DNA of 64,000 nt from an uncultured Acidimicrobiia bacterium. Its GTDB lineage: Bacteria > Acidobacteriota > Terriglobia > Versatilivoradales > Versatilivoraceae. The stretch spans positions 1,568,001 through 1,632,000 of the forward strand of contig CAWBAT010000005.1 of assembly GCA_963786955.1 (NCBI GenBank). The letters are read 5' to 3'. Positions 1-11,400 of the stretch are shown here, piece by piece. The translations under genes were made by a program, and so were the position numbers. The notes below the pieces were generated by a model. The model saw only the letters and a program-made list of their open reading frames with translations. It did no database searches and was not told where the DNA came from. The stretch's first letter is position 1, and each line of letters begins with the position of its first letter.

Positions 1-229
1 GCAGCAGAACTGGTTTGGCACTGCCGGCCTCGACGATGCAATTTTCCGAAGTGGCAAGTGGTTGGAGCCCGTTAGAGAGTTGACCGTTCATGAGCCTCAA
101 GCGCGACGAAATGCCGCAACTATATCATGAATCTCAGCGCCCCCCCCTTTCCGCCCCTCCTGCCCTAGTTTGACAATACCGTCGACTCGTAGCTAAACTG
201 TCCCTAAACCTTATCGGAGGAGTAAATCA

Positions 230-781
230 ATGATCTACTATGGATCGAAAGGACTATCTGACAGTTTTCGCACGGTGCGCAAGAACACGATCGTTATAGC
301 CGAAGAGATTCCCGAGCAGCACTATAACTTCCGGGCTGTACCCGAGACACGGACTGTGGCGCAAGTGCTGGTGCATCTCGCGGTGTTTCCGAGTTTGCCC
401 GAGCAAATTCACTTCATCGAAAAGCGAACTTCATTTGACGGGTTCGATTTCTTCGGATACGTAGGCAAGCTGATAGCCGAAGAACAAGTCGTCCGTTCAA
501 AGGCGGAGATCGTCGGCATGCTACGTGCAAATGGCGACAAGTTTGCTCATTTGCTGGAGGGAGCTTCGGAGGATTTCTTGAGCCAGAGCGTTGCTTATCC
601 CAAGGGGATGACGCCGCCTAGCAAATCCCGGTTTGAAATGTTGCTGAGCGCCAAAGAGCACGAGATGCACCACCGCGGGCAGCTCATGTTGATCGAGCGC
701 TTACTGGGCATTGTGCCGCACCTGACGCGCGACATGCAGGCAAGGATTGCCACCGTACAAGCCAATAAAAGCAGTGCATAG
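230..781 (+). CDS. DinB/YfiT-like family protein
   Basis: 183 aa; N-terminal H motif (VLVHLA) and C-terminal HEMHHRGQ motif typical of the DinB superfamily; GGAGGA RBS upstream. Confidence 0.85.
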   Translation: MIYYGSKGLSDSFRTVRKNTIVIAEEIPEQHYNFRAVPETRTVAQVLVHLAVFPSLPEQIHFIEKRTSFDGFDFFGYVGKLIAEEQVVRSKAEIVGMLRANGDKFAHLLEGASEDFLSQSVAYPKGMTPPSKSRFEMLLSAKEHEMHHRGQLMLIERLLGIVPHLTRDMQARIATVQANKSSA

Positions 782-963
782 GAATTTGAGGCCGATGTTC
801 GTAAACGTTCGTGTAGGCCGGGTCACCGCGACACCGGGGGAATTTTTTCATCATCTTCCCTTCGGCGGGGAGAATCAGACTCTGACCAGTTCGGATGCGA
901 ATTGGCATAGGAGGCTTCATCGTAGCATCGACATCGATCCAGTTCGTGGACTATACCTGAAGA

Positions 964-1536
964 CTATGACAGCGGCCGCCCGGCCGATTGCCATGCCTTG
1001 ATGGCGTCGATAGGATGAATGAGCATGATGAGATTGAGCGTCAGATTGTCGCGAACCCACACCAAACAACCCACTTCCAGAACCAGAACGGAGGCAATAC
1101 TGATCCATACTCGTGCATGATAGGCAAACCAGAATCCCAGTGCCATCATGAAAATATCGCTGCACGAGTTCAGGACGCTGTCACCCACGTACCCGAGAGA
1201 GATGGTTACTTCCCGATAGCGATTGATAATAACGGGAGAATTTTCCAGCACCTCCCAAAACGCTTCCAAGAAAACGGCGGTCAAGAACCGGTAACTCAAT
1301 GGAGCCTTTCGAGCCACGAGCCAGAGAATCGCGTAGAATAGAATGCCATGGACAATGTGTGAAAAGGAATAGGCGTCAGCAAAGCGCTGAGAATTTTCAC
1401 TACTCCAGATGTTGCCTTCCCACCACCCGAATTTACCGTCCGGGCCGAGAAGCGGCCTGCCCATCCAGAGTTCAATGCACGCAGCCAGCCCAACCATGGT
1501 GGTGAATCCTGCGATCATTGCTTTATTACCGTTCAT
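964..1536 (-). CDS. DUF2585 (UPF0314) family membrane protein
   Basis: WMGR, SSENSQRFADAYSFSHIVHG, WEVLENSP, YVGDSVLNS and RDNLTLN motifs; start placed at ATG 1536, overlapping the upstream stop. Confidence 0.85.
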   Translation of the reverse strand: MNGNKAMIAGFTTMVGLAACIELWMGRPLLGPDGKFGWWEGNIWSSENSQRFADAYSFSHIVHGILFYAILWLVARKAPLSYRFLTAVFLEAFWEVLENSPVIINRYREVTISLGYVGDSVLNSCSDIFMMALGFWFAYHARVWISIASVLVLEVGCLVWVRDNLTLNLIMLIHPIDAIKAWQSAGRPLS

Positions 1537-2527
1537 CGGTGAACACCTTTGGATTTGCAACGTACTCCGGTCTTCTCCCGTGCAGCACATCCAATAGGCC
1601 CTGCGCAGCCTCAAGCGACATACGGTCCAGAGATTCCTTCGTTGACGAAGAGATATGGGGAGTCAGCAGCGCGTTGGGTGCATGGCAGAGTAGATGGGTA
1701 GCCGGTAGGGGTTCTTCTTCGAAGACGTCCAAAGCCGCTCCTGCGATTCTCGACTCGTGCAATGCAAGCGCCAAAGCCGCCTCGTCAATTAAAGCCCCTC
1801 GAGAGGTATTCACGATCCGGCATTCGGGTTTGAGAAGTCTTAGGCTCCGGGAATTGATCAGGTGTTTTGTGTCGGGGGTCAAGGGGACGTGAAAGGTCAA
1901 GAAATCAGCCTTCCTGAAAAGTGCATCCAGCGAGCCTTCAATGATTGCAGGCCCGGAGTAATCGCTTTTTGGCAAAAAAGGGTCATAGGCAAACACGCTC
2001 ATCCCCAGACCCAGAGAGGCCATCCGAGCGACTCTGGAACCAATTCGCCCGAGCCCAACAACAACCAAAACTTTCCCGGCCAACTCAACTCCTTGGTAAA
2101 GATGGCGGTCGTTGAACCTACCCTCTTTCAACGCGATGCTCGCTGGCGCAATCTGCCGGGATAAGGCAAGCATCAGGGCAATGGTTTGTTCGGCAACTGC
2201 ATTGGCATTGGCGGTTGGCGTGTAAACGACTGGAATCTGCCTCGCAGTTGCGGCTTCGCAATCAATGTTGTCGATGCCGACCCCGTGTTTGGCAATAACC
2301 TTGAGGCGATTTGCTGTGGAGAGTGCTTGGCGGTCGATTTTGAACAACCGAACGAGTACCCCATCTGCTTCAGAAAGTCCTTGGTCACGCGGACCCCTGT
2401 CGTCGCCCAGGGATTGGGTGGACTGGGGAATACGATCTTCCCATGGGACTAGACAATGGCACTCTGCCCGGAGCAAGTCCAATCCACAAGGAGCGATGGG
2501 TTCTGGAATAAAAACTGTTGGCTTCAC
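1526..2527 (-). CDS. D-isomer-specific 2-hydroxyacid dehydrogenase (phosphoglycerate dehydrogenase-like)
   Basis: GVGIDNID, GLGRIG Rossmann motif, NTSRG, AALDVFEEEP, TPHISS. Confidence 0.9.
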   Translation of the reverse strand: MKPTVFIPEPIAPCGLDLLRAECHCLVPWEDRIPQSTQSLGDDRGPRDQGLSEADGVLVRLFKIDRQALSTANRLKVIAKHGVGIDNIDCEAATARQIPVVYTPTANANAVAEQTIALMLALSRQIAPASIALKEGRFNDRHLYQGVELAGKVLVVVGLGRIGSRVARMASLGLGMSVFAYDPFLPKSDYSGPAIIEGSLDALFRKADFLTFHVPLTPDTKHLINSRSLRLLKPECRIVNTSRGALIDEAALALALHESRIAGAALDVFEEEPLPATHLLCHAPNALLTPHISSSTKESLDRMSLEAAQGLLDVLHGRRPEYVANPKVFTDER

Positions 2528-3501
2528 GATTCCAATTCTCCGAAAGTCCTAGGTTTCCTCATCAGAAGCTTCTCCACAAAATTGAGTTGTCGAACAATAT
2601 GAAGGTCTCTTTCCTGAATGAAGTCATCAGCATTTCGGGATCGCCAATCGTAGAAACCCTGACCACTCTTAACGCCCAGCTGTCCTTCCTTTACCCTGTT
2701 CTTGATGGACTCTGACGGGCCAGAATTGCAAGCAAGATCGGCGAGAAGATAGCTGTGGATCTTTTCCACGAGGTCAGCGCCGACCAAGTCAATATTCTCC
2801 AAAGGGCCCACGGCTGACAGTCTTAGTCCTAAGGTCAATTTAGCAACCAGATCGACGTCCTCAGCGGTAGCGATGCCATTTTCAACCATATGGATAGCCT
2901 CCCGCCATAGTGCGTGAACGAGTCGATTCCCGATGAAGCCCGGAACATCCCGGTTTACCCTCACGGCCAACTTTCCAATCGATTCAACAAGCTGGCAGGT
3001 TCGATCGATTACTTCGGAAGGCGTGTTCTGGCCACGAATGACTTCGACCAAGGGCATCAGGTAAGGAGGGTTCCAGAAGTGCGTACCAGCGAGCAGTTGC
3101 TCACAGCCACTGCCTTGACCGATTTCCGTGATGCTCAACCCACTTGTCGTCGTCAGAAAAATAGCCCCGCGTTCTCTGGATCGGGCGAACCGTCGAAATA
3201 AGTTCACCTTCTCAGCCAAATCCTCAACGATGCACTCGATGACAACTTCCGCTTCCTCGTCCAACACACTCAGATTTTCGACGGATTGAATAGCTCCGCC
3301 TACTTTGGAAGGAGAGCCGATATTCTGGTCCAGCCAGGAATCCAGTTTGCTGACTCTTCGCTCTAGCGTGGAAAGTTTCTCCGGGTCGTGGTCCCATGCA
3401 AGAACTCGATACCCCGCCCTCTTGAAACAGCTCACCAACCCAGTGCCCATCTGGCCCACGCCACAAATCGCAATTTGTAATGAATGTTGCGGGATTTTCA
3501 T
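2524..3501 (-). CDS. 3-hydroxyacyl-CoA dehydrogenase family protein
   Basis: GVGQMG, ECIVEDL, HFWNPP, PGFIGNRL, GVKSGQGFYDW. Confidence 0.9.
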   Translation of the reverse strand: MKIPQHSLQIAICGVGQMGTGLVSCFKRAGYRVLAWDHDPEKLSTLERRVSKLDSWLDQNIGSPSKVGGAIQSVENLSVLDEEAEVVIECIVEDLAEKVNLFRRFARSRERGAIFLTTTSGLSITEIGQGSGCEQLLAGTHFWNPPYLMPLVEVIRGQNTPSEVIDRTCQLVESIGKLAVRVNRDVPGFIGNRLVHALWREAIHMVENGIATAEDVDLVAKLTLGLRLSAVGPLENIDLVGADLVEKIHSYLLADLACNSGPSESIKNRVKEGQLGVKSGQGFYDWRSRNADDFIQERDLHIVRQLNFVEKLLMRKPRTFGELES

Positions 3502-3645
3502 AATGAGAAAATCTTTATATGATGAAGGACTTCAAGAAGAAGTTCACGTCTGCGTGAATCTTTGATTCGATGCACCGCTACAAGACTATATATTGTTTGA
3601 CTGGCAAAAAGGGTTGAAGAGTGCTCAGTCACAGCCTTTCAGGCT

Positions 3646-3767
3646 GTAGCCGGCCTCGGTGAGGCCGGCCGGGGTCGACGCCCCCGGCTACAACATTGTA
3701 GGCCGCGTGACCCCACGCGGCGCCCATCCTAAGATAAGTCACCGAATATATGAAACACAGTACTTAG
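3646..3767. repeat. GTAG-type REP doublet/cluster ending in a MITE-like end
   Basis: GTAGCCGGCCTCGGTGAGGCCGGC...CCGGCTAC plus GTAGGCCGCGTGACCCCACGCGGCG; related copies at ~813, ~26870 and ~41200; terminal ATGAAACACAGTACTTAG matches the ends of the 25010-25160 element. Confidence 0.6.
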
Positions 3768-3769
3768 CA

Positions 3770-4603
3770 TTAACTTTTGCTGCGTTTGGGCGAGGCGGCA
3801 GACACGCCTTCCAAGCCTCCGCTGACCCTAAGAATTTCGCCTGTGATCCACGCGGCAGACGAACTGCAAAGAAATGCCACGGTGCTGGCGATATCGGTTG
3901 GCTTTCCCCATCGGCCTAAAGGGATCGATTTTCGAATACGCTCAATCATCTCATCCTCAGAGATATTCAGTCTCTGACAACGTTGAGCCATTACCGTTTT
4001 GTTGAACTGAGTATAGACCGGACCGGGACTCACGGCGTTCACTCGCACACCATAGGCGGCCAATTCCAGTGCCAGTGTTTTTGTCAGACTGATGACGCCC
4101 GCCTTCGCCACATTGTATGCCCCTGCCATGGCAGCGGGATTCTGTCCGTTGATCGACGCCAGATTTACAATGCAGCCCGACTCCTGACGCTCCATGATCT
4201 TGGCGGCGGCCCGGCAGCAATTAAAAGTTCCGGTCAATGTATTGCGCAGCACACGATCCCATTCAGCATCACTTAAATCGGTGATTGGAGCGATGGCTTG
4301 GCCGACTCCAGCGTTGTTCACTAAGATATCCAGACGACCGAATTCGTTCACTACTTGGTCAAAATACGCACGGACCCCAACACTATCAGAAATATCCAAA
4401 TGGGCCGGCTTCACGTTCAGTCCTTTCTTGCGCAAACGCGCAGTTGAAAGCTTTGCCTTCTCGAGTTGCACATCGGCCATCGATACGGTAGCGCCGTCTC
4501 CGGCTAATTGCTCGACGATTGCTAACCCTAAACCTTGGGCGCCACCAGTCACGACCGCTATTTGGCCTTGAAGGCCTTGCTGGGCTGTGGTTTTCTTCTT
4601 CAT
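3770..4603 (-). CDS. SDR family NAD(P)-dependent oxidoreductase
   Basis: TGGAQGLG, NNAG, YNVAK catalytic motif, VRVNAVSPG; start placed at MKKK (alternative 4642). Confidence 0.9.
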   Translation of the reverse strand: MKKKTTAQQGLQGQIAVVTGGAQGLGLAIVEQLAGDGATVSMADVQLEKAKLSTARLRKKGLNVKPAHLDISDSVGVRAYFDQVVNEFGRLDILVNNAGVGQAIAPITDLSDAEWDRVLRNTLTGTFNCCRAAAKIMERQESGCIVNLASINGQNPAAMAGAYNVAKAGVISLTKTLALELAAYGVRVNAVSPGPVYTQFNKTVMAQRCQRLNISEDEMIERIRKSIPLGRWGKPTDIASTVAFLCSSSAAWITGEILRVSGGLEGVSAASPKRSKS

Positions 4604-4824
4604 TTTTGCATCCCTTGATAAAAATACTGGAGCCTTAAACAATTGCTAAACCGGCGGCGAAGCTGTTTATGATCTGGTTTTCCCATGGCGTCATCCTTCT
4701 CGAAATGTTTGGCCTTGGCTGGCATTGTTCTCACGCCTACAGTGTCACGCAAGTGGAACCGTTGATGCAAGACTTGACTGCACGGAAAGGAAGGCATCAA
4801 CCAGCCCAAGCAAAGCCTCGTGGA

Positions 4825-6126
4825 TCAGCGAGCCCGAGCTATCTTCTTATCGAGTTTTTCGACACGATACAAATGGGTTCGGGATCTGAGAAAGAATGAC
4901 TTGTCGGCAATCGCGGGCGACGCCATGAAGCCATCACCCAGTTGGTTCTCCGTCAGAAGCTGAAACATCTTTCCCGGGGCGATGACAGAAGTTTTGCCTT
5001 CCTCGCTGAAAAGCCAGATTTTGCCATCGGCATAAGCTGGTGAGGCCGAAAATTCTCCCCCGATTCGTTCCTGCCACAGAACCTTTCCCGTATCGGCTTC
5101 AATACAGCTGGCGATCCCCGCATCGCTGATCATGTAGAGCCGCTCTCCAATCAGCAGAATGGAAGGCTTGTTTGACACCCCCCGTTTGACCTTCCAGGCG
5201 ACATGGGATTCCGTAATCACCCCTTGGCCCCCGCCGCGGACCGCAAACAGCTGGCCACTGCTAAATCCCGTGGGAAAAAAAATCTTCCCAAGGCCGACTA
5301 CCGGTCGTGTGCTGGCCGAATACTGGCCGCGTTCTTCGACACGCCACAGCTCCCGGCCATCATTAGGGTTGTAACTATAGGCTGCTTTCGAACCGAGGCT
5401 GATCAGCTCCAGCCTTCCGTTGATCATGGCAACGTGAGGTGTCGAAAAGGCCTTGCGAAAGTCACCTTCAGCGGTCGGCTTTCCATTGCTTTCCAGATCC
5501 TGAAAGTCAATGGATCTCTTAGTCATCCAAACGGTCTTTCCGCTCCGTTTATCCAACGCGATCACAAACTGATGATCGCTGCCATCGTAGTTCATGAAGA
5601 GGAAGTCTTGAAAGAGAATGGGAGAAGAGCCTGCCCCGCGAAAATGATTACATTCTATGTCACGCCGCTCCCAAAGGACTTGAAAGCTTCGCGTGTCAAT
5701 GCAGGCCGTGCCCGCTGAACCAAAGGTGATGTAAATCCGGCCGGGTTCAATGACGGGAGTTGGCGAGGCGTAGGTATTAAATGGGTGGCAGTACTGCGGT
5801 TGGGTCACGTCAAAGAGTTTCAGGTCTTTTAGTACTCTGCCCGTCTCACGATCCAGGCAGAGCGCGTAAAGCCGGCGGCCATCAGAAGTGGCCGTCGTCA
5901 GCCAAATTTGATTGCCCCAGATGACCGGAGACGACCAGCCACGATCGTGAATCAAGGTCTTCCAGACCACGTTTTCCGTCTCATTCCAGTGGAGCGGGAG
6001 ATCCCGAGCATCGGAGTGCCCATTGCCCTTCGGACCAAGGAACTGCGGCCAATCGTCGCTCATATGGGCTGGCGGAGCACCGATGACCAATAAGAACACA
6101 AGTATCGCCTTAAGCATCCTTCCCAT
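4825..6126 (-). CDS. PQQ-binding-like beta-propeller repeat protein (secreted)
   Basis: Signal peptide, DWPQFLGP, WSSPVIWG and repeated W-ending propeller blades. Confidence 0.85.
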   Translation of the reverse strand: MGRMLKAILVFLLVIGAPPAHMSDDWPQFLGPKGNGHSDARDLPLHWNETENVVWKTLIHDRGWSSPVIWGNQIWLTTATSDGRRLYALCLDRETGRVLKDLKLFDVTQPQYCHPFNTYASPTPVIEPGRIYITFGSAGTACIDTRSFQVLWERRDIECNHFRGAGSSPILFQDFLFMNYDGSDHQFVIALDKRSGKTVWMTKRSIDFQDLESNGKPTAEGDFRKAFSTPHVAMINGRLELISLGSKAAYSYNPNDGRELWRVEERGQYSASTRPVVGLGKIFFPTGFSSGQLFAVRGGGQGVITESHVAWKVKRGVSNKPSILLIGERLYMISDAGIASCIEADTGKVLWQERIGGEFSASPAYADGKIWLFSEEGKTSVIAPGKMFQLLTENQLGDGFMASPAIADKSFFLRSRTHLYRVEKLDKKIARAR

Positions 6127-6460
6127 GGTTTCTTTGCTCCGGCAGATCCCAATCCTCGCACAAACAAACTCAAGATCGATTTTGCACGATCTTTTTCCTG
6201 GCTTGAAATGCTAAGGCCTGAAAACTGCCGAGTCAAGGGACAAGAATTCCTAAGAACCTTGGCGTTTATCCGTGGATGATTTGTCTTGTACTCATCATTC
6301 AGGAAAGAGAAAATGCAGGTTCACAAGTAAAGGCAGAAGGAACTCTCCCTTTCCCCAAGGAGACGATTGTCCAGTTTGAAGCAATGAAATGCCAGGGCAT
6401 GAACCTCTCAAGAGATCTTTGGATCCCATCTCAATTCGGATCAGACACGAAAGGAAAACT

Positions 6461-7483
6461 ATGCGAAGAGGATTTGTATTCTTATGGATGTTGAATGCGG
6501 CACTCCTTCTGGCTCAATCATCACCCCAGCCCAGCGGCGATCCCGGCATTCTTCCCCCCGGATCTAAACTCGAAATGCTGTTTACGGGCGCTGTACTGAC
6601 CGAGGGACCTGCGGCGGCCTTGGACGGTCAAATTTATTTTAGTGACATTACCTTTACGGCGGTTTCCAAGATGCAAGCCGGCTACATCATGAAATTTGAC
6701 CCGAAGACGGGAAAAACGACGGTCTATCGCTCCCCCAGTGGGATGTCGAACGGAATCAAATTTGATGCACAAGGGCGAATGATCGTCGCCGAAGGAGCCG
6801 ACTTCGGAGGGCGTCGGATTACTCGAACGGACATGACTACAGGTAAGAGTGAGATTTTAGCGGCTCTATTTGAGGGAAAACCCTTAAACTCGCCCAACGA
6901 CATCACAATCGATCTCAAGGGGAGAATCTACTTTAGTGATCCCCGTTACGTGGGAGCCGAGCCGGTGGAACAACCCTTCCAGGCGGTTTATCGAATTGAT
7001 CCCGACCGCTCGCTGCACCGCATTATTACGGACGCCGGAAAGGCCAATGGTGTGGCCATTTCACCGGATCAGAAGACTCTTTACGTGGTTTCCAATGACA
7101 ATGGAACCACGGGCATGTTTCGCATTCCCGAGGGCACGCCTTTACTCAAAGGAAGAATGGCTCTCTTGGCCTATGATTTAAGCCCTGAAGGAACGACCAA
7201 GTTTAGGAAAGTATTTCAGGATTACTCCCCCGAAGACGGACCTGACGGGTTGGTGACCGATGCCGAAGGCAACCTCTACGTGGCGGTGCGTGCCGTGAGC
7301 CGGCCCGGAATCTATGTATACTCCCCGGATGGAAAAGAACTCGCCCGGATCCCCACTCCTGTGCTTCCCACCAATGTTGGCTGGGGACGAGGAGACGAGA
7401 GCAAGACTTTGTACGTTACGGCCGGCGGGAACCTTTACCGGATCCGGATGAATAAGGAAGGGTACCAACTCCCACCACAATAG
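6461..7483 (+). CDS. SMP-30/gluconolactonase/LRE family protein
   Basis: TEGP, YFSDI, NSPND, NGVAISPD, GPDG, PTN motifs; signal peptide after ATG 6461 with AGGA RBS. Confidence 0.9.
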   Translation: MRRGFVFLWMLNAALLLAQSSPQPSGDPGILPPGSKLEMLFTGAVLTEGPAAALDGQIYFSDITFTAVSKMQAGYIMKFDPKTGKTTVYRSPSGMSNGIKFDAQGRMIVAEGADFGGRRITRTDMTTGKSEILAALFEGKPLNSPNDITIDLKGRIYFSDPRYVGAEPVEQPFQAVYRIDPDRSLHRIITDAGKANGVAISPDQKTLYVVSNDNGTTGMFRIPEGTPLLKGRMALLAYDLSPEGTTKFRKVFQDYSPEDGPDGLVTDAEGNLYVAVRAVSRPGIYVYSPDGKELARIPTPVLPTNVGWGRGDESKTLYVTAGGNLYRIRMNKEGYQLPPQ

Positions 7484-7544
7484 AGCCCAATCTTACGGAG
7501 TACAGAAGGGTTCTGACTTTTGAATAGACCCTGCCAGTATACGT

Positions 7545-7800
7545 CTGCATGAGAAACCTCCAGGAAAAACCGCTCCGGTGAAGAAGTCGACGCAAGCCAA
7601 CGCCGATTCGTGATTGTTCCGAAGAGTTCATTGGGATTTGGGCTTTGGACCGGCATGATCCCCCAAGCGAATTGGCATTGCTTGTCGTAAGGATGAACTC
7701 TCTGATGCCGGGCGCTTGATCCGGTTGTCCCGGTCGGGGACTCTTCCACTTCCAACTAGACCATGAAAGCTTTCCGGTGCCACTGAATCACGGCCCCCAT
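7545..7800 (-). pseudogene. Possible decayed IS630-like transposase N-terminal fragment
   Basis: Short peptides in different frames (SPRPGQP, LRRLLHRSGFSWR) resemble IS630 HTH regions; no continuous ORF. Confidence 0.25.
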
Positions 7801-8446
7801 TCGAACTGACCAAAGGCATTTACGCACGTTTGCCTAGAAACGCGAAAACCAGGCCCATAAGAAACGATCCAATAATCCAAGGCGAGGGTGTGGTTCAGGT
7901 AACTCCCTTTAGATCCTTCGAACTGATGAATGAGCACCAGTATTTCCAGTTTCAGCGGGACCCGCGTGTTAGAGTTTCAGCCAAGGTGCCAATAACGAAG
8001 TCAACAGCGTGAGCGTGACACCCGAAGCTAGCAGCCTCTATCCTCCAACCTTAATCTTCGCAATCCAGTCCAAATTATCGGTGGGTATAGATCAAAAGTG
8101 AACATACCCATGAGCAAGAATGAACAGTCCTATCTTCCCCGCTTCCATTAAGCTGTCTTCAGTGAAGTCAACTTCCTTTGGGGCCTCGTTTCGAAATGAC
8201 GTTCCTGAAAACATTATTTGGCTTGCAGGATATCCAGCAGGGAGACACGGGAGGCATTCAAGAGTCTTGATGAAGCCTAGGTGAAGGGAATATATGACTG
8301 GCATTTACTATGGGAGTTTGAGCTTTTCTAACCAGAACACACGCCAAGCATGGGGACATCAACATAAATCTTTGGGAAGCATATGTAAAAATTTTAATAG
8401 TGTTCCTCAAATGGGGACAGTACAGCAAAAGGAACAAGTTGTGTGT

Positions 8447-11400
8447 ATGAAGCATAGAATCATAATGATCTTGAGCATCGTAATACTAACTACTTTCGGA
8501 TGGTTTGACACTGCATTCGCGCTTCCACTACCGACTAACGGACTGACAGGTTATTGGGCATTCGATGAAGGTTCCGGCGTGATGACTAACGATACTTCAG
8601 GGAACGGTAACAATGGAATGCTGGTCCGGAATCCGATCTGGACTATGGGTGTAAATGGCAAAGCCCTGCAGTTTAACGCCACCGACAATGGCAACGATAG
8701 TGATGACCCGCAAGTTGTCATTGGCAGGCAATTTGACGTCCCCCGTCTCCCCTTCACACTCACTGCATGGATCAATCCGGTGGATTTCACCGATTGGCGC
8801 GCCATCTTCAGTAAGAGGGACAGCGGCTCTACTGCCAATATGCGGTTTGACGTTGGTCTCAACCAGGGAACGGGCCAGATATACGTGTACACCGGCCAGT
8901 TCTTACAGTTTAGTTATGCTCCCGCCAAGGGAACTTGGACGCACATCGCTATCGTGGCCTCGACGACTGATACCAAGTTGTACATGAACGGAGTACTGAA
9001 GCAGACGCTGGGTGTGGTGAGTCTAGGAACCTCTGCCACGGCCAATACGGCTATCGGGGGCACGGGAGAAGGTGCGGGAGGCGACAACGATCCTTTCAAA
9101 GGGATGATTGACGAAGTGCGTGTCTATAACCGGGTACTTTCGGCCTCTGAGGTGCAACAATTCTGGTCTCCGTCGTCTTCTGGCTCCGCTCCGTTAGTGA
9201 GCATTGCCAGCCCGGCAAACGGTGCTTCCTATATCGCAATGGCGAACATCCCTATTTTAGCGAATGCATCCGATAGCGATGGAACCGTCGCGAAGGTCGA
9301 GTTTTTCCAGAATGGAACCAAGGTAGGAGAAGATCTTAACGGGAGTGATGGTTGGAGCTTCAATTGGACAGGCGTACTCGCCGCTAGCTACAGTCTCACC
9401 GCGCTGGCCACCGACAATAGTGGATTGGCAACGACTTCAACTGCGGTGGGTATCATTGTCACAAGCACCACACCACCGGTTAACTCTGCCCCGTCTGTGA
9501 GTATCACTAGCCCCACAAATGGTGCTGCATACACGGCAACGGCGAACATCCTTATTTCAGCGAATGCATCCGATAGCGATGGAACCGTGGCAAAGGTCGA
9601 GTTCTTCCAGAATGGAACCAAGGTAGGAGAAGATCTTAACGGGAGTGATGGTTGGAGCTTCAATTGGACAGGGGTACCCGCCGGAAGCTACAGCCTTAGC
9701 GCACGGGCTACCGACAATGGAGGTGCAATAACCACTTCGGTGGCAGTGAGCATCATCGTCTCGAATCCAGCAGATACTACACCACCGATAATCTCTGGCA
9801 TATCTCCGTCTGGAATCACAACTGTAGGAGCGACCATTATCTGGACGACGAACGAACCGTCCGATTCGCAGGTGGAGTATGGAGTGTCAACCGCGTATGG
9901 GGCTCAAACTGTTGTCGATAGCTCGCTCGTAACGTCTCATTCCCAGACCATTTCCAGCTTATCACCTGGGACTGTGTACAATTATCGAGTCAAATCTCGA
10001 GACGTCGCTGGGAACCTCAGTATCTCCAATAACTCCACGTTTACAACTGTCACGCAGTCATCTTCTACTACGGGCTTACTGGGTTATTGGGCATTCGATG
10101 AAGGTTCCGGCGTGATGACTAACGATACTTCAGGGAACGGTAACAATGGAATGCTGGTCCGGAATCCGATCTGGACTATGGGTGTAAATGGCAAAGCCCT
10201 GCAGTTTAACGCCACCGACAATGGCAACGATAGTGATGACCCGCAAGTTGTCATTGGCAGGCAATTTGACGTCCCCCGTCTCCCCTTCACACTCACTGCA
10301 TGGATCAATCCGGTGGATTTCACCGATTGGCGCGCCATCTTCAGTAAGAGGGACAGCGGCTCTACTGCCAATATGCGGTTTGACGTTGGTCTCAACCAGG
10401 GAACGGGCCAGATATACGTGTACACCGGCCAGTTCTTACAGTTTAGTTATGCTCCCGCCAAGGGAACTTGGACGCACATCGCTATCGTGGCCTCGACGAC
10501 TGATACCAAGTTGTACATGAACGGAGTACTGAAGCAGACGCTGGGTGTGGTGAGTCTAGGAACCTCTGCCACGGCCAATACGGCTATCGGGGGCACGGGA
10601 GAAGGTGCGGGGGGCGACAACGATCCTTTCAAAGGGATGATTGACGAAGTGCGTGTCTATAACCGGGTACTTTCGGCCTCTGAGGTGCAACAATTCTGGT
10701 CTCCGTCGTCAATCGCAATTTCTGCGGTCACCGCGACAAACATCACGACCTCTGGAGCTACCATAACATGGGTTACGGATGAAATATCAAATTCCCAAAT
10801 CCAGTATGGCTTAACCCAGACCTATGGTTCCCAAACCACGCTCGATCCTTCGCTTGTCACTGCTCATTCTCAAACGCTCTCTGGACTTCAGTCAAACACG
10901 ACTTACAACTACCGCGTCCTTTCTAAAGATGCAGCCGGTAATCTGGCAACTTCCCCTAACTTTACGTTTACAACTGGCAGCACAACCTCTTCAGTATCCT
11001 ACTTAACTAATTTCGACGGTACCGAAAACCCTCTCTCGGAAAGTGGCGTGTGGTCAAATAACGGCCTTGATTGGACAAACGTTGCGGAGAGCGGCGGACT
11101 CGCCTACGGCACTCAAACCAACGATCATGGTTACAATGATTCGTATGCCTTGCTTTCCGGATTTTCACCTAACCAAACGGTATCAGCAGTCGTGCATCTC
11201 AATCCCCAAATTGATCGAAGTTGTACCCACGAGGTTGAGATACTTTTGCGTTTTGCGGACTCAGCGCATATAGCAAGAGGATATGAAATCAATATCAGCT
11301 TCGACGGAAGCTCGCAGATTATGAGGTGGAATGGTCCAATCGGTGACTTTACACAGGTTGGCGGCGGTTCTTACTCAGGACTAAAGGATGGCGATACACT

